Positions 19,471 through 24,000 of a DNA stretch of 24,000 nucleotides are shown piece after piece. Each line of letters opens with the position of its first letter. The first letter of the stretch is position 1. The translations under genes and the position numbers were made by a program. Source of the DNA: Brenneria nigrifluens DSM 30175 = ATCC 13028 (GTDB taxonomy: Bacteria; Pseudomonadota; Gammaproteobacteria; Enterobacterales; Enterobacteriaceae); assembly GCF_005484965.1 (NCBI RefSeq), contig NZ_CP034036.1, forward strand, positions 1,328,468 to 1,352,467, in the 5' to 3' direction. The notes beneath the pieces were generated by a model, which saw only the letters and a list, made by a program, of their open reading frames with translations, ran no database searches and was not told where the DNA came from.

Positions 19471-19568
19471 GTCGGCGCCGCCCCCATCCGGGCGTCTGGG
19501 CGCTGGCCGTGACGGCTTTCGCCATCGGCGCCTATCCCCCCAATAGGTTTCAAGATAGGTTAACGTAG
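19467..19568 (+). pseudogene. possible N-terminal stub of an MFS transporter gene coupled to the OYE gene
   Basis: The ATG overlaps the OYE stop (ATGA) and GGGAGG lies 6 nt upstream. The peptide MSRRRPHPGVWALAVTAFAIGAY... resembles the first TM segment of MFS exporters (..LALxAFAIGTTEF..), then degenerates and stops after 33 codons. Confidence 0.25.
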
Positions 19569-19607
19569 CCGCGGCTTGAAAGAGGACGGGACAGGACACG
19601 CCATACC

Positions 19608-19630
19608 GGCGGCAGCTTGTCGCTGCCGCC
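19608..19630 (+). terminator. GC-rich stem-loop followed by a T-rich tract
   Basis: GGCGGCAGC-TTGTC-GCTGCCGCC is a perfect 9-bp stem, followed by ATTCCTTTGCATTTCTT. It may be the terminator of the decayed OYE/MFS transcription unit. Confidence 0.35.
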
Positions 19631-19797
19631 ATTCCTTTGCATTTCTTGTGATAGATTGAAAAAAAACCGTATACAGTGGCGGTATCGGATAAGGCTGTCG
19701 CGGCCAATCCGGTAATGGGATGGCGATCGCCAATAGCTTTCCTTTGAGGTTGCTGACAAAGTCGTCTGTAAGCCGGAGATACCCGGGCCTACCGTAC

Positions 19798-19837
19798 CGA
19801 GGGGCGCTCCGGCGGCTTACGCCGCTACGGCCCCTCG
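19798..19837. repeat. REP-like compound palindrome
   Basis: The outer stem CGAGGGGC...GCCCCTCG encloses an inner stem GCGGC-TTAC-GCCGC. The flanking ...CCCGGGCCTACCG resembles the CCGGCCTAC end of enterobacterial REP units. There is only one copy in the window, so its repeat-family status is untested. Confidence 0.3.
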
Positions 19838-19912
19838 CCACGCTCTCCCTAATAACAGGCTTTGTCAATGGTCTGTTCCTTTTTCATTCTTTTCATCGGG
19901 GTGACTGAATAG

Positions 19913-20689
19913 ATGAGCTATCTCAAAGCGTTGACGGTTGTTATTGTCTGCTGCGTGTTGCTGCTGCCACTTTGGCAGAGTTATGCCAAAGCCATGCAGC
20001 GCGGAGATACCTTTACCGGCCAGAGTTGGTGGGGAACCAGGCGCGACTCCGCGGGGATGGCGCCGGATGCGGTGAAATTCCGTCAAACGGCGATAGTGCA
20101 AATCTATGCGGCGCCCGCCTACGGCTGGCGAGGGCGGGTGGCGGTGCATCCGTGGATCATCTTCAAGAAAGCCGGCGAAACCCAATACAGCCGCTATGAG
20201 GTCACCCGCTGGGGCGATGAGAATGTTATTCGTCTTAACCGCTCGATCCCCGACGGCTACTGGTATGGCGCGCGCCCGTCGTTGTTGGCGGATCATCGCG
20301 GTGCGGCGGCCGAAGCGATGATCCCGCGGATTGAGGCGGCGATCAAAAGTTATCCTTATCCCCAGACCTACCGCGCCTGGCCCGGTCCGAACAGCAATAC
20401 CTTTATCGCCCATATCGGCAGGGAAGTGCCGGCGCTGAAGCTGGATATGCCGGCCAACGCCATCGGCAAAGATTACCGTGCGTTAACGCGTCCGATCGGC
20501 TTGCCCCCTTCCGGCAAGGGCGTGCAGGTTTCATTGCTGGGCGTGCTGGGTTTTACCTTGGGCGCGGAGGAGGGTATCGAGGTCAATGTGTTGGGGATTA
20601 ATGTGGGTGTGGATCTCACCTCCCCGGCGCTGCGTTTGCCGTTTATCGGTCGGTTTGGCTATGACGATGCGCCAAAGAATGAAAGTTGA
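19913..20689 (+). CDS. DUF3750-like protein of unknown function with an N-terminal membrane anchor or signal
   Basis: 258 aa with a hydrophobic N-terminus (LTVVIVCCVLLLPLW). The motif block HPWIIFKKAGE...YEVTRWG...YRAWPGPNSNTFIAHIGREVP matches my recollection of the DUF3750 family. Confidence 0.6.
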   Translation: MSYLKALTVVIVCCVLLLPLWQSYAKAMQRGDTFTGQSWWGTRRDSAGMAPDAVKFRQTAIVQIYAAPAYGWRGRVAVHPWIIFKKAGETQYSRYEVTRWGDENVIRLNRSIPDGYWYGARPSLLADHRGAAAEAMIPRIEAAIKSYPYPQTYRAWPGPNSNTFIAHIGREVPALKLDMPANAIGKDYRALTRPIGLPPSGKGVQVSLLGVLGFTLGAEEGIEVNVLGINVGVDLTSPALRLPFIGRFGYDDAPKNES

Positions 20690-20750
20690 GAGCAAGCCAG
20701 GCTTCGCCCGAATAGCGGAATATTGACCACTATTCGAACGGCAATTATCC

Positions 20751-20772
20751 GCGCCATAAACGGCGCTTTTAT
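20751..20772 (+). terminator. short intrinsic-terminator-like hairpin after the DUF3750 gene
   Basis: GCGCC-ATAAAC-GGCGC is followed directly by TTTTATTAAA. The stem is only 5 bp, so support is weak. Confidence 0.35.
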
Positions 20773-21030
20773 TAAATGCAATTAATGGCAATCCTTTTTC
20801 ATTTTTTTGTTTTGACTGGTCTGAACCCATCAATTACCGTCGGTAATCAATAAATACGCCGTGATTGCCGAGAGTAATGATTAGGTTGCCGCCACATATT
20901 CCTCCATAAATTTCGGGTCGCCGAAAAACCACCTGCAACTAATTCCGCGTCCGACATAACGGGGATGTTCAGAATATTATCAGCAGTCATGGCGCAGTAA
21001 AACGCTGAGTCGTAAAGAGGAAATATTATA

Positions 21031-21867
21031 ATGAAAAATAGATACGTAAGGATGTTGAGCAAACTGTTCGCCGGCGCGATGTGCTCTTTGGCGCTAGCGG
21101 TTCAGGCCGCGGAGGTGGTGAAAATCGGCTCCACCGCCGGGGCGACGTCCGATGCCATTCTGGCCGTGGTCGATGAGGCGAAGGCGCAGGGGATCGATGT
21201 GCAACTGGTGGAATTTACCGATTGGACTTTGCCTAATGAAGCGCTGAATAACGGCGATATCGATCTGAATTTTTTCCAGCATGAGCCATTCCTGCAAAAT
21301 GCCATCAAAGAACGCGGATATAAATTAAAGAATATCGGTTTTGGTTTATTGCAAAATATCGGTATCTATTCGAATAAAATAACCGATCTGAACGCGGTGC
21401 CGCAGGGCGCGAAGGTCGGTGTACCCAACGACCCGGTAAATCAGGGGCGCGCGCTGCTGCTGTTGCAGAAAGCGAATCTTGTCAAACTACGCAACGGCGA
21501 GGCCACGGACGCCACGCTGGATGACGTGACGGACAATCCGCATAAGCTGAAATTTTTCGAGATAGAAGGGCCGCAGCTGATCCGTTCCCTGCAGGATCTC
21601 GATCTCTCCATCGTCTGGCCTTCCTATTTCTTTAACGCCGGGATCCCGGAGAAAGCCAGTCAGGCGCTGCTCTATTCCGGCGTCAGCGATACCTACTACG
21701 CCATGAATTTCACCGCCCGCAGCGATCGCGCCGACGATCCGCTGTTACGGAAATTTATCAGCATTTACCAGAACTCCGCCGCGGTGCGCGATACCATCGC
21801 CAAACGCTTCAATAACGATCCCAACCTCTATGCGCTGCCCTGGCTCAAGGAGGGCGCGAAGCCATGA
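21031..21867 (+). CDS. MetQ/NlpA family ABC transporter substrate-binding protein
   Basis: 278 aa. VKIGSTAGATSDAILAVVDEAKAQGIDVQLVEFTDWTLPNEALNNGDIDLNFFQH is the typical MetQ/NlpA core. The signal peptide ends AVQA|AE (SPase I type); there is no canonical lipobox. Confidence 0.85.
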   Translation: MKNRYVRMLSKLFAGAMCSLALAVQAAEVVKIGSTAGATSDAILAVVDEAKAQGIDVQLVEFTDWTLPNEALNNGDIDLNFFQHEPFLQNAIKERGYKLKNIGFGLLQNIGIYSNKITDLNAVPQGAKVGVPNDPVNQGRALLLLQKANLVKLRNGEATDATLDDVTDNPHKLKFFEIEGPQLIRSLQDLDLSIVWPSYFFNAGIPEKASQALLYSGVSDTYYAMNFTARSDRADDPLLRKFISIYQNSAAVRDTIAKRFNNDPNLYALPWLKEGAKP

Positions 21868-23045
21868 GTCTGGCGGGCGTGGTGATGAAAACGATACTGG
21901 ATTGGGGTAAAACGGCGGCGGGCGCGCAGTCTGTCGCCGGGGCGTCCTCCGACGTATCGGCGCCGCGCGGCGCATCCGGCTCTTCGGTGACCTTTGAGCG
22001 CCTTTCCCGGGTTTACCCTTCGCCGAATAAGCCGGTACAGGCATTGACGGATATCAGTCTGACCATTCCGGCGGGGTGCATTTTCGGCATTATCGGTCGC
22101 AGCGGCGCGGGCAAGTCCAGCCTGCTGCGCACCATTAACCGTCTGGAGAGGCCGACGGTCGGCAGGGTGCTTATCGACGACGTCGATATCAGTACCCTTG
22201 ATGAAAACCAACTGGTGAACCTGCGCCGCCGCGTCGGCATGATTTTTCAGCATTTCAACCTGCTGGCGGCCAGAACGGTGTGGGAGAACGTGGCGTTGCC
22301 GTTGCGGGTGGCCGACGTGCCGCAGGAACAGATCGAGCGGCGCGTGGCCGAACTGCTGGCGCTGGTGGGGCTGCAGGATAAACGCAACGTCTACCCGAGC
22401 CGCCTCTCGGGCGGGCAGAAGCAGCGGGTAGGCATTGCGCGCGCCTTGGCCACCGCGCCGGACGTGTTGCTGTGCGACGAGGCCACGTCGGCGCTGGATC
22501 CGGAAACCACCCAGTCTATTCTGCAGCTGCTGCGCGATATCAATCGGCGCCTGGGCATTACCATCGTAGTGATCACCCATGAGATGAGCGTGATCCGTGA
22601 AATAGCCGAACGGGTGCTGGTGCTGGAGCAGGGGCGCATCGCCGAGTTGGGCGAGGTCTGGCGGGTTTTCGGATCGCCGCAACACGAGGCGACGAAAGCG
22701 CTGCTGGCGCCGTTGCAGCACGGCGTACCGGATGATTTGCTGCGCCGTCTGCGGCCGCAGCCGGCGTCGAACGGCGACGGCGATCGGATTTGGCAACTCT
22801 CATACAGCGGCGAAGGAGGACTGGAGCCGGATTTCACCCGCATCGCCCAGGCGCTGCAAACGCCGGTGCGTCTGGTTTATGGCGGGATGGATCGCATTCA
22901 GGGCCATGCGCACGGACGTCTGCTGCTGGCGGCGTCGGCCGCGGCGCCGCTGCCGGATTTCACCAGCCTTACGCAGGGGCCGCAGGCCATTGCGCATCAA
23001 ATTGAGGTGATTGGTTATGTTCCCTTCGCTTTCCATTCCGCCTGA
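21864..23045 (+). CDS. methionine-type ABC importer ATP-binding protein (MetN family, C-terminal NIL domain)
   Basis: Walker A GRSGAGKSS, signature LSGGQKQRV, Walker B LLCDEATSALD, and a C-terminal NIL-like region. The ATG at 21864 has AAGGAGG 9 nt upstream and overlaps the metQ-like stop (ATGA). This start gives an extension of about 41 aa relative to E. coli MetN; the alternative is GTG 21987. Confidence 0.85.
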   Translation: MSLAGVVMKTILDWGKTAAGAQSVAGASSDVSAPRGASGSSVTFERLSRVYPSPNKPVQALTDISLTIPAGCIFGIIGRSGAGKSSLLRTINRLERPTVGRVLIDDVDISTLDENQLVNLRRRVGMIFQHFNLLAARTVWENVALPLRVADVPQEQIERRVAELLALVGLQDKRNVYPSRLSGGQKQRVGIARALATAPDVLLCDEATSALDPETTQSILQLLRDINRRLGITIVVITHEMSVIREIAERVLVLEQGRIAELGEVWRVFGSPQHEATKALLAPLQHGVPDDLLRRLRPQPASNGDGDRIWQLSYSGEGGLEPDFTRIAQALQTPVRLVYGGMDRIQGHAHGRLLLAASAAAPLPDFTSLTQGPQAIAHQIEVIGYVPFAFHSA

Positions 23046-23679
23046 ACGCTATACGCAAGCGTTGGTCGATACGCTGACCATGGTCGGCGTATCGGGGAGT
23101 ATCGCCTTTGTCGCCGGTATTCCGCTGGCGGTGATGCTGATTATGACCTCGCCGGGCGGCTTGGTTGCCTCTCCCCGTTTCCACCGCGTGGTGGGCGGGG
23201 TGATCAACGGTTTCCGCGCCACGCCGTTTATCGTCATGCTGGTGGCGCTGATCCCGTTTACCCGTTGGGTGGCGGGCACCACCATCGGCGTGTGGGCGGC
23301 GATTGTGCCGCTGGCTATCAGCGCCACGCCGTTTTTTGCGCGCATCGTCGAGGTTAACCTGCGTGAAGTCGATCCCGGACTCGTCGAGGCGGCCCAGGCG
23401 ATGGGCTGTAAAAAATGGCATATCGTGCGTTATGTCTATTTGCCGGAAGCGCTGCCGGGGATTGTCGGCGGTTTCACCATTACGCTGGTGGCGCTTATCA
23501 GCTCGTCGGCGATGGCCGGCGCGGTGGGCGCCGGAGGGCTGGGGGATCTGGCGATCCGCTATGGCTATCAGCGCTTCGACAGTCAGGTGATGGTCATCGT
23601 TATCGCCATCCTGATCGCCATGGTGACCGTGGTGCAGCTTATCGGCGACCGCTACTCCCGCTGGCTGCGCAATCGCTAG
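23017..23679 (+). CDS. methionine-type ABC importer permease (MetI family)
   Basis: About 220 aa with five TM segments and an EAA-type loop (EAAQAMGCKKWHIVRYVYLPEALPG). I preferred the ATG at 23017 (GAGGTG 7 nt upstream) over the track's TTG at 23011. It overlaps the ATPase gene by 29 nt. Confidence 0.88.
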   Translation: MFPSLSIPPERYTQALVDTLTMVGVSGSIAFVAGIPLAVMLIMTSPGGLVASPRFHRVVGGVINGFRATPFIVMLVALIPFTRWVAGTTIGVWAAIVPLAISATPFFARIVEVNLREVDPGLVEAAQAMGCKKWHIVRYVYLPEALPGIVGGFTITLVALISSSAMAGAVGAGGLGDLAIRYGYQRFDSQVMVIVIAILIAMVTVVQLIGDRYSRWLRNR

Positions 23680-23793
23680 GATGGCGCTTGCGTTAAGCTG
23701 ATTATTCCTGTCGGCGCGGCCATTGCAGACGTTACTCCCGCTTCGATATGAATTTGCGCGGTGAAATATACGCCGTACCAGCAATAAACCATT

Positions 23794-23822
23794 GGCGCGG
23801 GGTTGTGGCGCCACCCCGCGCC
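23794..23822. terminator. perfect 10-bp GC-rich stem-loop between the convergent metI-like gene and a small minus-strand ORF
   Basis: GGCGCGGGGT-TGTGGCGCC-ACCCCGCGCC. On the minus strand it is followed by AATGGTTTATTGC. It lies 16 nt downstream of the stop of the 26-codon ORF. Confidence 0.4.
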
Positions 23823-23838
23823 ATGGTTGACAACAAGA

Positions 23839-23919
23839 TTAAAGATGGCTGCCTATGGAAAGACACCCCGACAACATCAAGGTTGATGAGATACAGACCA
23901 GCCAAAATACGTTTTTCAT
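23839..23919 (-). CDS. candidate 26-aa small lipoprotein (not in the ORF track)
   Basis: The hand translation is MKNVFWLVCISSTLMLSGCLSIGSHL*. It has a basic n-region, a hydrophobic core and a canonical lipobox LSGC. GGAGA lies 4 nt upstream of the ATG, and a strong hairpin lies 16 nt after the stop. The mature part would be only 8 residues. Confidence 0.35.
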   Translation of the reverse strand: MKNVFWLVCISSTLMLSGCLSIGSHL

Positions 23920-24000
23920 ATAATCTCCGATGGCATCAAAAATACCTGAAGGTGAGCGGACAAATTAATTAAAACAGCGACACGCAGCCCGTTAACATAA

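Noticed and set aside
23673-23838. Extending the 26-codon lipoprotein ORF by a +1 frame shift into a roughly 80-aa YceK/YidQ (DUF1375)-like protein.
   Set aside because: The downstream open frame (NLVVNHGAGWRHNPAPMVYCWYGVYFTAQIHIE...) lacks the family's conserved D-x-P-x-S-x-x-x-D-T-x-L-L-P block, so homology cannot be supported by eye.

Overview
This is a chromosomal window from a fairly GC-rich member of the Enterobacterales; the exact taxon cannot be determined from the sequence alone. All protein identifications rest on reading the translations against remembered family motifs and E. coli sequences, since no searches were run.

Content:
- A complete D-allose utilisation locus (rpiB divergent from alsR-alsB-alsA-alsC-alsE-alsK, 2838-9712).
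- A YbdL-type aminotransferase plus a stand-alone basic-amino-acid binding protein.
- Three LysR-family regulators, one of them internally deleted, and an AraC-family regulator.
- A VOC-fold protein, the YeeE/YeeD (TsuA/TsuB) thiosulfate-uptake pair, an MFS transporter and a DUF3750-like protein.
- A MetQ-MetN-MetI type ABC importer.

I saw no rRNA, tRNA, CRISPR array, IS/transposase, integrase or phage genes.

Two things stand out:
1. The als module is bracketed by a 66-bp direct repeat (65/66 identical). The repeat is the 3' end of the neighbouring binding-protein gene, which looks like an island-type attachment footprint, yet there is no recombinase.
2. The window holds an unusual density of deletion-derived gene remnants: IclR-C, CitX-C, a PEP-mutase-family gene, a LysR regulator, an SGNH hydrolase, an OYE reductase, and two tiny N-terminal stubs.

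Smaller candidates are a perfect ARG-box palindrome, a 20-bp dyad before alsB, a 26-codon lipoprotein-like ORF and a structured 350-bp non-coding stretch. I did not find a convincing novel multi-gene system such as defence, secretion or biosynthesis.
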